Source: Lingula anatina
Lineage: Eukaryota; Animalia; Brachiopoda
Reading direction: 5' to 3'
Length of the DNA: 64,000 nucleotides
NCBI GenBank assembly: GCA_051362555.1
Contig: CM120642.1
Span: forward strand, 16,926,001-16,990,000
This document shows positions 50,462 to 64,000 of this stretch, one piece after another. Positions within the stretch are counted from its first letter, which is position 1. Every line of letters begins with the position of its first letter. The translations under genes and the position numbers were made by a program. Under the pieces are notes generated by a model. It was not told the DNA's origin and did not search any database. It saw nothing but the letters and a program-made list of their open reading frames with translations.

Positions 50462-53176
50462 AAAACTTATTTGCAATATTAAACAAAATTTACCTGCATA
50501 ATTATCACTGCTTACTTATTATTAATCTAGCAGAGAGCTTAACCTTTGGGAGTTTACAGGGAAATATCAACAAGTGTGCTTTATGTAATCTCATTTAATG
50601 GCCTATTAATGACTTTATAACTCTGAACTTAGCTAAGTGATACCCAAGGGAAATTTACAGACTGACCCTCTCAAAGATCTTTCAGGCCCATAAGTCACAT
50701 CTTAAGAAAAGCACATAACAATAATGCACAACACTGATGCAATAATACATTATGTTTAACTGCACAGTCAACATCAAATTTTAATTATGCACAACAGGTA
50801 ACACCAACGAAAGTAAAAGCATAAGGCTTCAGGCCCATCAGAGTTCAAGTTTATACTTTGAAAGTGCCAGAATGAGAAAAATGAAAATTTCACACAAAAT
50901 TGCATGAATACAATGATAAAAGATAATCCAATTGAGCTGGCTTTCTAATTTGAACTGCATGCCAATCCTAAAAATCATACTTGTAAGTTAAAAATAATAA
51001 TAAGTAACAGTTTTCTTTTCATAATGTTTGCAGTAGCAGTGCAAAAAGATTTTTGTCAATTTTGATGTAACATTACATAATAAATTATATAATAATTATC
51101 ACCAATTTTTGATTATTGACTATAAATAGCATGGGCATTTAGAAAATTTGATTACTATTCGGCTTCATGTCCATGGGAGCTCTGAGTCCCACAATGAATA
51201 TGCCAACACGATAATAATGAATTTTTCACTAAAATGTATAACTTCCAGAAAAAGAAGCCAATTAGACTGCTTTTCCAACTCAGGCTGCATTTTAGTCCTG
51301 GGATTCTTTTTTGAAAGTTTGACAGTCATAAGTAACACGGTTTTCCCATAATGGTCATCATGGCAGCAGCACCAAAAATTGTGTTTTCTTCTATTTTGAT
51401 ACAACATAACATAATGCTTAACAGCATAATGACCATCAATTTTTAATAATAATATATATACGTATCATGGATTTTCAGAAAATGTGACTAGCATGGGTCT
51501 TCAAGCCCGTGGAGGTTCTAAGTCACACCTTGAAAATGCCAATATGTGAAAAATTAAATTTTCACAAAAAACTGTTTAACTGCCAGAAAAAATTACCAAA
51601 CAGACTGCATTGCCTACTGAAGCTGTATTTTAGTCCCATGTTTCTTTCCTGTAAGTTTGAGAACAGTAAGTGACATGATTTTCCTTAAATGGTCATCATG
51701 GGAGCAGTGCCCAAAATAGGGGTTTCTTCAAATTTTAATGTAACATTACATAATGTTTAACAGCATAATGACCATCAATTTTTAATAATAGAATATTAGT
51801 AACATGGACATTCAGAAAATGTGACAAGCAAAGGTCTTCAGGATCATAGAACTTCAAAGTCACACCTTGAAAATGCCAATATGTGAAAAATTAAATTTTC
51901 ACAAAAAACTGTTTAACTGCCAGAAAAAATTACCAAACAGACTGCATTGCCTACTGAAGCTGTATTTTAGTCCCATGTTTCTTTCCTGTAAGTTTGAGAA
52001 CAGTAAGTGACATGATTTTCCTTAAATGGTCATCATGGGAGCAGTGCCCAAAATAGGGGTTTCTTCAAATTTTGATGCAATATTACATAATGTTTAACAG
52101 CATAATGACCACCAGTTTTTAATAATAAAATAGTAGTATCATGGATATTCAGAAAATGTGACTAGCAAAGGTCTTCAGGCCCATGGAACTTCGAAGTCAC
52201 ATCTTGAAAATGCCAAAATGTAAACAAGACAGCACTTTTCTGAAATGGGTTTATTTCCATTTTTAACACTTTTTTAACATAAAACAAAATTAACAGTTTA
52301 CTGCCATTTTTATATGACCAACTAAGAAAATTGATGAGATGGGAAAAATATCAATAGAACAGTATTAAATGTCCAATTTCCTCCATTCTGAGATTCTGAA
52401 CATAGTGGATGATTGAATCTGACAAACTGCAATGATATGTGTTTATTTCCATTTTTGACACTTCATTACACAATACACGATAACAAGTTTACCATCATTT
52501 TTACATAATCAACTAACAATGTTGTAAAGATGCAGGAAATGTCAAAAAAACACTTTTACATATCTTATTAGTTCAATAATGAGACTATTAACATGCCTAA
52601 GAATTGAATCAGAGAAAATGTGAAAAAAAGCATAACTTCCCTAAAAATGACCCAATCATGCTGATTTTCGAACTTGACCTGCGTTTTATACAAATTCATC
52701 AGTTCTGTAAGTTTCAAACCAAAAGGTAAAACGGTTTTCCACTTATCGTGTTTACGGTGTTGCATATATGCTGAAAAAAGTGAAAAAAACAGCATAACTT
52801 CCCTATAAATGGCCCGATCATGCTGATTTTCGAACTTGACCTGAATATTATGAATATTCATCAGTTCTGTAAGTTTTAAGTCAAAACGTAAAACCGTTTT
52901 CCACTTAACGTGTTTACGGTGTTGCATATATGCTGAAAAAAGTGAAAAAACAGCATAACTTCCCTAAAAATGGCCCGATCATGCTGATTTTCGAACTTGA
53001 CCTGAATATTATGAATATTCATCAGTTCTGTAAGTTTCAAGTCAAAACGTAAAACCGTTTTCCACTTATCGTGTTTACGGTAAAAGTGCACGCCAACGGC
53101 AACGGCAACGGCAACGGCGACGACAGACGCAGGTGACGGCTATATGTACAGACACATCTGTGTCTGTACATAAAAA
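49578..53176 (-). mobile_element. HINE copy 2, between the MAT2B and AIMP1 3' ends
   Basis: Colinear with 36239-39638, same termini, plus an extra ~340-bp internal tandem duplication (~51525-52200). Confidence 0.88.
50401..50457. repeat. (TA)n microsatellite
   Basis: Pure TA run. Other microsatellites: (TG)n ~33490-33517, (TATG)n ~34352-34390, (GA)n ~40807-40836, (TAA)n ~46600-46643. Confidence 0.95.
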
Positions 53177-53600
53177 GGTAGAAGAGCTTTATGCTGGTTA
53201 TGTCTCAACTTCTGTGCAATATTGGGATAGAAAATAAATAAAAGCTTTTGTATTGAAGGCAGAGGTCTGCATTTTGTCATGTGTCAAACAGATATACATA
53301 TACTTAAAGAAAACTTTTCACATTGTTCTATTATATTAAATTGTCAATAGGTCAACAGCAAAGAACGGGTGTGTGTTATTTAGACTATCCCAACATACTG
53401 AATGATTAATTTTAAATTATTTATTAATAATTTTGATATACACCACAAAGTTTATCTTAACTGTTATTTGATTTTTTTAACTTCACAATCTTGTGTTTAT
53501 AATTGGTCATTTGACTCATTTAAATGTAAATAAAATCCTCAAAATATTGAATTATCCTTTCACAAAAAAATTCAAAACAAGTCTTCCTGTCAGTTCTGTA

Positions 53601-56102
53601 TTATTTGATTGGAGTATTTCTCAAAGTTGGGGCCTTGCAGATCCCTTTTCCTTCAATTTTAAATGGACATCCTTTATAAGTAGCCACTCCATTTTCATCC
53701 ACTCTAAGATCAGGTTGAATTTGCTCCCAGATTTTCTTTTTAGGATTAAGCTGAGCATCTGGCTCTCCTGGAATGGTGGTAAAAAGTGATATATAAATCA
53801 AACAATGAATGATAGATTTTCGAACAACAAAATTTAAATTTTCCTGGAAATTTCAACACTTTTTATTAAGGTATACAGTATCCCAAACTTTCCACAAAAT
53901 TATGCCCTATGACACCCCTCTGAGTTTTAGAATAACTCTCACAGAAATGAGAAATTATGAACAAGTAAACCATTTCAATGGCAGCAGCAATATAATAGAT
54001 ACAGATATGACAACATGGTTCTGCCAGCTTTAATAAAATTAATTTCCAGGAGTTTTCCAGGAGTTTTCAAGGACATAATTTTTTTTTCCAGGAGTATGTT
54101 ACACTGGACAATTATTATTTGTAAACCATCCAATATGAATATGTAAAAATATAACCAAGAATATTTGGCACAGCTAGAATTTATTAGTCTTATGAATCAA
54201 TATATCATGCATTAAAGAGTCTAAATGTTCATGATGTATATTGCACTGTTGAAAAATAACAGTTTAATCTGTTATGAAAATGTAGTTAAACAGTCTGTTT
54301 TGCTTCTTGAATTGCTGAACTAAGTTTATAATTTTTCCACTGAAGAAGCCAAGGCTTTTTCAATATCAGTAATTTCTTTCTTTTTCTCCTCAGCTGTCTT
54401 GCGAAGGGAGTTTGCTTGGGTAACAAAGGAAATTTTCCTAGTTTTCTCAGCTTTTAAGAACAGACTGTCTGCAGCCTTGGTTAAATTGTCAATATCTTCC
54501 TGGATTCTTTTTTTCTTCTTTTTCAAATCATCAATCTCATCCAAGATGCACTTTCTCTTTTTCTGTAATTCTTCACTGTTTTTCTTCTCCCTTTCTGTTT
54601 GAAGAAACAGTTCATATTTCTGCCTTGATTGCTTGGCATACAGTATCAAGTCTTTGTTGATATTGACCTCAAATATTCCTCCAACCTTCGCCACATGGTC
54701 ACAGACAATCCTTTGTGCAACCAGGGTTTGAGCTCTCATGTTCTCTACCTCCACGTCTTTGTTGACACTAAAACCCCTCTCCACTGAGGCTTGGCCATGA
54801 GACAATACTAAAAGATGTGTTACTAGCTTCAACAAATCTTTGAATCTGCCATCTGGGGTGGACATTGTTCTGTGAATCAATTCATCAATTCCATTTTGGC
54901 AGGCATGCTGTGAATCATACTGCTTGAATTCAGCAGATCCTATGACAGGGATTTCATCTAGAAACAAGAAGTATTGTTGTTGAAGTCTGTCACACTCATT
55001 CTCTTTCACAAGTTTATGGTTTAATAGAATTGACAGAGCTTTTTTGAAGCTGGAAATACACTTCTCCTTGTCTGCATCGGATGACATTTTGACAGGATTG
55101 AGGCAGGACAAATACCTTACCAAACTGTAACTCACAGGACATTTTTTGAGCAATTTTTCAACAACAGTAACTAGGAACATCTTGCACTCCATTCTGAACT
55201 CCATTAAACCTCTTTCACTGACTGCTCCTTTCTTAATCTTGCTTAGAGATCGATCCGTTGAAAATCCCAAATCCACTTTATTATAATCCAGGTGGATCTT
55301 GTTGTCAGTTACATCAATTCTGACTAGTTTTTCCTGATTTCTTGCTGTTTGCATCACGTCATCTTTGATGAATCTCTTCATTAGCAATCTTAGGATAGAA
55401 CAGAGATCATCACTCAAATAGGGTATCATAGGTTTGTCTGTCTGATACCTAGTTAGAAATGGCTCTAGCTGCAAAGCGACAGATTTAAAAAAATTCATCT
55501 TCGCAAGAAACAGCTCATCCTTTGTACATTCGCTAACAACTTTGTACGAGATGTTTGTTGGCATCTTGAGATTTTTAGATTCGATTGCTTCGACATACTG
55601 TACTATGTTGTTCCATATCAGTAAAGCTCTGTCGCATACTGGAATATTCTCAAGCCATCTGTGTTTTACAAACTTCAGTGGCATGATGTTACTTGCAGTC
55701 ACTCTGACATAGTCCTCAGCCCTAGCTGGCGAATCTTTGAACAGGTAGTACAGGGCTGAAAGACATGATGCTACATTCCAATCTGTGGACTCTGCTCCTG
55801 CTTTAAAACTGTTGTGGACTATATGTAAACCACATGACCCGATGTTGATGAGAGAGGATCCATAGTCATTTGCTACTTTCCTCGATATTGTGTCATAGAA
55901 TTTCCAATTCACATTTGGTCCATCCATGCTAATCTGCAACATGTTCTTGATTGGTAGACCACTATTGAGAACACATTGACTAAAATGTGAGACCATGTCA
56001 TCTGATGTAGCATGTCCTGAAAAAATAAAATAAAATATATAAGCTGTTTATTCAGAAATGATTAAATATGACTAAATAATTAAATCTTGTTATAATTATG
56101 AA

Positions 56103-56136
<34 letters not shown>

Positions 56137-59100
56137 CCATGTTTTTAATAAATTTTCACTGAAATACATCATTACGGCAAGTTAACCTTATGACAATAAA
56201 GTCTAGCATCTAATATATATATATATATATATATACACTATTATCATTATTATTGTATTAAGAGTGGAAAAGTTTAATTTCAAATGACACTTACCTAGAA
56301 ATTCAGATGTGAAGTATCTTGTCACGACTCTATGGCACTCCTCACTCCAAAATCTCACATGTATATCCATCTGTTTCTTCTGCATCTTCTTATTCAGACT
56401 TTCATCAAACAAAATAACAAATGGCCCAGTTACACTTTCTTTCAGGAGTCTAGCGAAATATTCCCCCAATCCAAACACGCACAAGTAAGCAGATTTCTTT
56501 TCGCCACAAGTGAATTGTTGTGCAACCTTGCTGTTAGGGTCCATCCTCCTTAATAATTCACCAATGTTTTGTGAAGACCTGTACGACTGATGATCTGTGA
56601 TTAATTTCAATGTCCACAGAATCTCTGCTTTCACAACATCGTCTTTTGAAACGAACGTGTCCAACGTAGCGTACTTGCTTGATGCCGACATTGTGGTACA
56701 TGAAGACTTGCTTGATGCTGACGTAGTGGTACATGTAGGCGTGAGTGTAGTACAACTATTTCCAGGTGATTTCATAGTATTTCCCCATAACGAACTCAGC
56801 GATAACTGTCCACAGGAATTCAAGTTTGTCAATCTCATATTTTCGCGGTGTTTCATACCTCTAGCATGAGATTTCAGTGAAGAAACACCCATGTTCGATA
56901 TATCAAATGTAGAGAAGCAAACTGAACAGCTAGCTCTTTTCTTGTCATTCGGCACACGTTTCACCCACTGTTTGAATTCCGGGTCGTGTTCCCACGCAAG
57001 GTTAAATACACAAATACCTTTTGTTGTTGACATGCTTGGTTAATCATTCACAGAGCCACTCGTCTCGCACCGTGCGCATGCTGGGCCACACGTGTTCGAT
57101 GCCGAACAGTCGATGTTAAATCAACAGTGATTGGCTAAAACGACTCTATCACTGCTTCGCGGAAACAGCCGAATTGCTCGATGCTCAACAAACACAATAA
57201 CACGAAATACTACTCTGCGTCTTTCACGTAAACTAACTAGAAAACTACCGAATAGACGTAATAATTTTCAAATTTCAAGGATTTCTCCAGGACTACTTTA
57301 AAGATTTAAGGACTATTCAAGGAGCACAAGCAAATTCCAGGATATTCCAGGATTTTATCTTAATTCCAGGATTTTCCAGATTTGTGCGAACCATGGACAA
57401 TAATACCTGGATAGTCAGCAAATGTCACCCTGTCCCCAGGGACTACCCCAGGGGGTGGATCGATGATTTCCACTTTCTCTGGTGTACTTGCACACATGAT
57501 CATGCCCTCGGACATGACCCCTCTCATCTTGGCTGGCTTTAAGTTGAGTAAAAACACGGCTAGCTTATCTTGCATCTGGAAGTCAGTAGTTATATAAGTA
57601 TATATATAAAAGTGATGGCAGAAGTGGAATATAAAGAAAAGTATGTATGCAAGTAATGAAAACAAAGTAATCTACTTTCTCATCCTTCATATTTTTTGAG
57701 TATGTATGCTGGGATGTATGTGTAACAATCCTACCACTTCAATAGGCACGTGTTTCACTAAGCCACTAAGAATAGTTCTGTTCTTCTCCTCTCCAACATC
57801 AACCTCCTCTATGTACAAACTGTCTGCATCTGGATGCTGCTTGACAGAGACGATACGCCCAATCTTTTGATTGAGCCTCGACACGTCTATGGGGGCTTCA
57901 GGAGTGCTGGCAGGGGCCTGCTTGGTTTTTCCCTCTAAAAATGTGTTGTTAGAGTTGGATTAAGCTATATGACGATGATCGTTTCAGAAAATAACATTAA
58001 TATTTGCCGTTTTTGCATAAAATTGCATAACACAAACAGAAAAATGGAACAGAACCTCTTCTATTTATTTCCTCTGGTAAAAAGATTTGAAATGTTAAAA
58101 CTTATTTGAACAGTTACTATCATTATTCATTTTCATTTTAAAGACACTTTATCTGTGATAAAATCTTTATGTCTACAATCTAAACATTTTGTGTAAATTA
58201 ACTTGCATACATTGCCAGAAAATGGGTTAAACAATAGTTTACACACAAACCTACCTTTCTTTTCCTTCTTCTTGCCCTCTTTTGGTGGCTTTCCTTCTCC
58301 TGCAGACCCATCAGCAGCCTGTTTTCCTTTCTTCTTCTCTTCAGCTTTCACAGGGGGTACAGCACTGGGGGTGGGCTGTGAGGGGGGCGCTGCAGACATG
58401 ACGGTCTTTCCTGTCCCGGAGGCCGGAAGAGACATTTGTTTCACTGTGACAAATAATTAACTATTCATTATTTCATACTTAATTACCTACGTTTCATCAC
58501 ACTGTGATAGAGAATTTCAAACCATAAAGAACAACCATGACAAAAGTCACTTACTAAGACTAATAAAGTTACTGTAAGTCTTACTAGTATTTTAATAATA
58601 GTTTTTTAAATGTTTTATGCACTTTTGTCTGCTTTACAATTGATAAAATTGACTGTTTTACATGTAAATGACCAATTTTAAAAACCTAGGAAGATTTCAC
58701 ATTATGCTTACAATACCTACTTTTTGTCATAGAAAATTAAAAATATTTCACATTTTTTTCTGTACAGTATTTGAATTAAAATTTTGATAACCTTAGTATC
58801 AATAATTTGTACTTACACTAAATGTAAAATAAATAAAAGAGTAAAATTACAAATTTTTTCATAACTGAGGAATTGTTTAAGTTGTCAACCACAAGCATCA
58901 ATCCTCCTTACCTCCATTCCTAATTTCTGCAGAAATCAACTCCTGTTTTAGAGCCTCGACTTCCAGGCGCAGCTTAGCGTTCTCAGCTCTCAATATAACT
59001 TCCTCTTTTTGTGCTGCTTGGCTGACTAAACAAATATATAAATAGAAATAAAAATGAAGATAACATAGTCAGATTTCAGTAATTAAACAAAGCAGGCAGA

Positions 59101-61822
59101 TCACTGATCTTCCACATAACTTCACAGACTGGCCTCCTTGGATATTTCTAAACATTCTGACCAGTTTCTGACACTTAGGGTTTGTGCCACACTTTTTTCT
59201 CAGATATCTATGACACAGTAATTTCGAGTAGTGTTACACACAATCTGACCGTTGACAGGCAGCATGCATTAAATGTTAAATACTTTTATTAAACAAGGCA
59301 GCAAAGCTGTCAAATGTACAGACAAAAAACAGGAAATAACTATGCACAAAATAGGCTACTGTCAATTCTGATGCAAAATTTTAATGATTGAATTTGACAA
59401 ACTGCAATGATATGAGTTTATTTCCATTTTTGAAACTTTATTACACAATACACGATAACAAGTTTACCATCATTTTTACATAATCAACTAATAATGTTGT
59501 AAAGATGCAGGAAATGCCAAACAAACACTTTTACGTATCTTATTAATTAAATAATGAAACTGTTAACATGCCTAAGAAATGAATCTGAGGAAATGTGAAA
59601 AAACGGCATTTCTTTGAAATAATGGCCCAATTAAGCTGATTTTTGAACTCAACCTGCGTTTTAGCAGGAATGACCACTCCTGTGAGTTTCATGACAATTG
59701 GCCCATCTGTTTTTCTTATATTGTGTTTACAGTGTTGCATATATGCTGAAAAATGAAAAAACAGCATAACTACTAAAACAGTGGCCCGATCATGCTGATT
59801 TTCGAACTTGACCTGCGTTTTCATAAGACTGATTACTCCTGTGAGTTTCATGACAACAGGCCTAACGGTTTTCCTTAAAATGTGTTTACAGGGTTGCATA
59901 TATGCTGAAAAAAGTGAAAAAACAGCATAACTTCCCTTAAAATGGCCCGATCATGCTGATTTTCAAACTTGACCTGCGTTTTATGAATATTCATCAGCTC
60001 TGTAAACATACAGCCAAAAAGTAAAACTGCCTTCCACTTATCATGTTTACAATGAAAGTGCACGGCGCCAGCGCCGGCGACAGTGATGGCGGCGACGGCA
60101 GATACAGGTGATGGCAATATGTACAGACACATCTGTACATATTTACTGTACTGTTTAAGAACAGTAAGTGACATTGTTTTTCTTAAATGGTCATCATGGG
60201 AGCAGTGCCCAAAATAGTTTTTTTTTTTAAAATTTTGATGCAATATTACATTATGTTTAACAGCATAATGACCATCAATTTTAATAATAAAATATTAGTA
60301 TCATGGATATTCAGAAAATGTGACTAGCAAAGGTCTTCAGGCCCATATGGAACTTCAAAGTCACAACTTGAAAATGCCAAAATGTAAACAAGACAGCACT
60401 GTTCTGAAATGTTTTTTTTTTCCATTTTTAACAATTTTTTAAACATAAAACAAAATTAACAGGTTATTGCCATCTTTATATGATCAACTAAGAAAATTGA
60501 TGAGATGGGAAAAATATAAATACAACAGTGTTAAATGTCCAATTTCCTCCATTCTGAGATTCTAAACATAGTGAATGATTGCATCTGACAAACTGCAATG
60601 ATATGAGTTTATTTCCATTTTTGAAACTTTATTACACAATACATGATAACAAGTTTACCATCAGTTTTACATAATCAACTAATAATGTTGTAAAGATACA
60701 GGAAATGTCAACCAAACACTTTAACATGTCTTATTAGTTAAATAATGAGACTGTTAACATGCCTAAGAATTGAATCTGAGGAAATGTGAAACAAGACAGC
60801 ACTGTTCTGACATGGGTTTATTTCCATTTTTAACACTTTTTTTAACATAAAACAAAATAAACAGTTTACTGCAATTTTTATATGATCAACTAAGAAAATT
60901 GATGAGATGGGGAAAATATCAATAGAATAGTGTTAAATGTCTAATTTCCTCCATTCTGAGATTCTGAACATAGTGAATGATTAAATCTGACAAACTGCAA
61001 TGATATGAGTTTATTTCCATTTTTGACACTTTATTACACAATACACGATAACAAGTTTACCATCATTTTTACATAATCAACTAACAATGTTGTAAAGATG
61101 CAGGAAATGTCAAACAAACACTTTTACGTATCTTATTAGTTCAATAATGAGACTGTTAACATGCCTAAGAGTTGAATCTGAGGAAATGTGAAAAAACAGC
61201 ATAACTTCTAAAATAATGCCCCGATTATGCTGATTTTCGAACTCAACCTCCATTTTAGTAAGATTGACCAGTACTGTGAGTTTCATGACAACAGGCCTAG
61301 GGGTTTTCCTTAAAATGTGTTTACAGGGTTGCATATATGCTGAAAAAAGTGAAAAAACAGCATAACTTCCCTTAAAATGGCCCGATCATGCTGATTTTCG
61401 AACTTGACCTGCGTTTTATGAATATTCATCAGCTCTGTAAATATTAAGCCAAAAAGTGAAACTGCCTTCCACTTATCGTGTTTACAAGGAAAGTGCACGG
61501 CGCCGGCGACGGCATCGGCATCGCCATCGGCATCGGCGACGACAGACGCAGGTGATGGCAATATGTACAGACACATCTGTGTCTGTACATAAAAAATCAA
61601 CCGAAGCAATACACACACACAAACAAACACACACACAAAAACAAACACGTACACACTTAAACACCCACACAGACAAACGCACACACATGCAAACATACAA
61701 TGAAGATTCTCACCAGCTGCCTGTTTTATGCCTTGCAGCTGCTGCCTCAGTGTAGCAATAATTTGCTCTGCTTGCAGTGCCCTCTGCTGGACACGCTGTA
61801 ACACAGCTGTTGGTACTGCCAT
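53601..61822 (-). CDS. AIMP1: Aminoacyl-tRNA synthetase complex-interacting multifunctional protein 1 (p43/EMAP-II precursor), ~315 aa
   Basis: Exons 61822-61714, 59025-58912, 58443-58255, 57934-57735, 57575-57407 and 53767-53601 (948 nt, in frame). N-terminal coiled coil, [23 protein letters not shown] and [15 protein letters not shown]. Confidence 0.95.
54014..57395 (-). mobile_element. Autonomous hAT element with 5-bp TSD (hAT5-type)
   Basis: TIR CATGGTTC / GAACCATG. TSD GACAA (54009-54013 / 57396-57400). Subterminal TTCCAGGA arrays at both ends. Confidence 0.93.
54326..57033 (-). CDS. hAT transposase, 809 aa, 2 exons, intact
   Basis: Exons 57033-56295 and 56016-54326 (2430 nt, no stops). 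BED-like CxxC..H....[24 protein letters not shown] and ASVERGFS. Confidence 0.93.
59291..61596 (-). mobile_element. HINE copy 3 (internally deleted, tandem composite) in AIMP1 intron
   Basis: Same termini as the other copies. A damaged palindromic end at ~60118-60141 is followed by a second partial unit ending at 61596. Confidence 0.85.
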
Positions 61823-64000
61823 TTCCCTAGAATTACAACCAAATTTTTATTCGACAATAATATAAACTGTAACAAGGGCGGATCCAACCTCCAACACAAT
61901 GTAGAGGACCCAGGAAAATGGAATCTAAAATCTGGCACAGCACAGCGCCACCCAGGACAAGAATCCCCATCACGACGAGGTTTTCAAAGCTAAAGCTTAC
62001 CTCAAAGGCTGCTCTGACTGGGCAGACCACATGCTTAAACAACTCGGCAACAACTCCCACCATGTGAGATGCCGATTAGACTTCAGGGGATGCCCTGATG
62101 ACGGCCTACTTCTGGCATCAATAATTAAGATACAAGACCAGGCTGCGACAGAGCTTAAATCCACAATTGAGGCCCACACACAAGCTTTCCTAGACACAGC
62201 TAAGGAAAGCTTAGCAAAAGCAGAAGAAAGGAAGGCCAAAGCAGAAGAGCACTCTGACATTCACAGCGTATACACGCTAACAAACCTAACCTTAGCATCT
62301 ATGGCAGTCAACAACCAGATTATGGAGCTAATGAGACTCCTCATCCTCACAATAAAAGACAAGAAGAAGGGCCGCGTGCTAGCCAGCAAAGCAAAATATA
62401 GAATAACCACATTCAAGAAAGCCCCATCCTAAAATGGAAGCTACTGCTTCTCAGTTCCAACCAACTTTACCAGGAAAATCTAAACCTGAATGTTCAAATA
62501 GAGCATAATAAATCATAAAACATATAGGCACCGCAAATATATGTCGAGATGCCTTCTCCACATTTTATTTACAATTAATAAAGGAAAACGAGAGCAGCCA
62601 ATCGAAATTAAAATTAAAACTAAATTAAACAACCTATCAGACACTGGCCTCATTTTCACATATGACACAGTTATTCAAATCCACACTCGACCACCGACTC
62701 TTAAGCCGTTAACACGTTCAATGCATACCGTCCAGCTTATATCCCTTTTGTTTTGGAGGATAATTCCTAAGCAGGATACAACAGCTTAGACTGAACAGTG
62801 ATTCAGGATACCCATCCTATTCTGGCGCTAGCAATTTTTTTTTCGTTTAGCCAAATTACCACTTTTTCATTGCTTTTTTGTCCAAATGGTTTAAATTTGA
62901 CTAAAATAAGTCATATCAACCCCATTTTGTTTAGCCAATTTCAGTCAATTTTAGCATTTGGCTAAATTGGCGAGTGTTAGCGCTACCCCAGCTATTTGAC
63001 ACAAGCGAGACACTTATGAACAAGCATGACACTATACGGCCGAGATGGCTTGTATCATTCACAAGGCAAGATACCATTCATGAAAATTCACCAATCAAAG
63101 GCAAGACACCTCTGTTAACTGACCCACTTCTTCAACCGTTTTTTTTATCTTTTTTTTTTTTTTTGGGAGGGGGGGGAGGGATTTGCAGCTAATGAAGGTC
63201 ACTTGTTGACCAAAAAGCACTTTCTGCAACCACTCCACCCTCCCCTTCCCCCAGTAGGCAGTGCCACTACACTGCTATGTCTACCACAATCAGAGGCGAG
63301 ACGCTTCAATCGCCTCACAGAATGCCCTTAAATATGAAGTGTGGGGCTTCATTCATGGTTTTTGCTTTAATGCTTATATATATATATAGTAAGAGGAATG
63401 AGACCAGTCCTCATTGAAAGAGTAGGGAAACTGGCCGGGGGTCCGCGGTACACAAGAATGACCCAAATCACCTTGTAACGGTCAGATTACCAACAAAAAT
63501 CAGAAAATTCTCATCAGTGAGTAATAAAAATTAAACTTAACATGGGGTAGTATAATCAAGTTTTTTTTCTTCACAGGAGTGAAGGCTTGAGATGCCAGCC
63601 ACCCATATTACAACCCTTCAATATTTCCCCACAAAGAAAATATGACCATGTGATATAATTGGTTGATCTCTGAATACTTCTACGTTGACTCTCGTGACTA
63701 CTAAGTACCTTCACATCCCTTGACAACTGATCTTCTATCACGTGACCTTTCACTATATAAAATCTGTGCGTGCCAATTTCGAGCACTGTGACAGTGGAAA
63801 GGCTGAGACCTGTGGCTTGTGTTGGTAAGTTAGTTGCTCTGGTATAATTTCATTGCTTTCTGATCGTATTTCCTACGATCTTTGCTACAGATGTATTTTC
63901 CACTACTCTTATTCATTTTTCTTTCAGCCTCAGATTACAGAATCATCTAGTTTATCCTCCGTCTTAGTCACTTAAAACCCCCTCTCTGACATTGGGGTAT

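Noticed and set aside
63571-63786. 71-aa minus-strand ORF
   Set aside because: No recognisable motif or splice context, and it lies near the window edge.

Overview
Animal (probably mollusc or other lophotrochozoan; inferred from the TE families and gene sequences) genomic window with two halves. 1-35.2 kb is gene-free. It holds a minisatellite, an Academ-like foldback element and a ~26 kb nested TE pile: EnSpm, DIRS, two Gypsy, Harbinger, Kolobok-like, two piggyBac, hAT/ZNF862-like, a Helitron remnant, BEL plus a solo LTR, and Dada-like. Most coding remnants are on the + strand. 36-62 kb holds three spliced host genes: a BTB-kelch gene (-), MAT2B (+) and AIMP1 (-). It also holds three copies of a Helentron/HINE-type satellite-bearing element and an apparently intact autonomous hAT element with a 5-bp TSD in the last AIMP1 intron. 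The most notable object is a TSD-bounded Gypsy LTR retrotransposon (12572-23948) with an HhH-like domain at the start of gag and a TatD DNase cargo just before the 3' LTR. All family calls come from motif recognition by eye; no searches were run.
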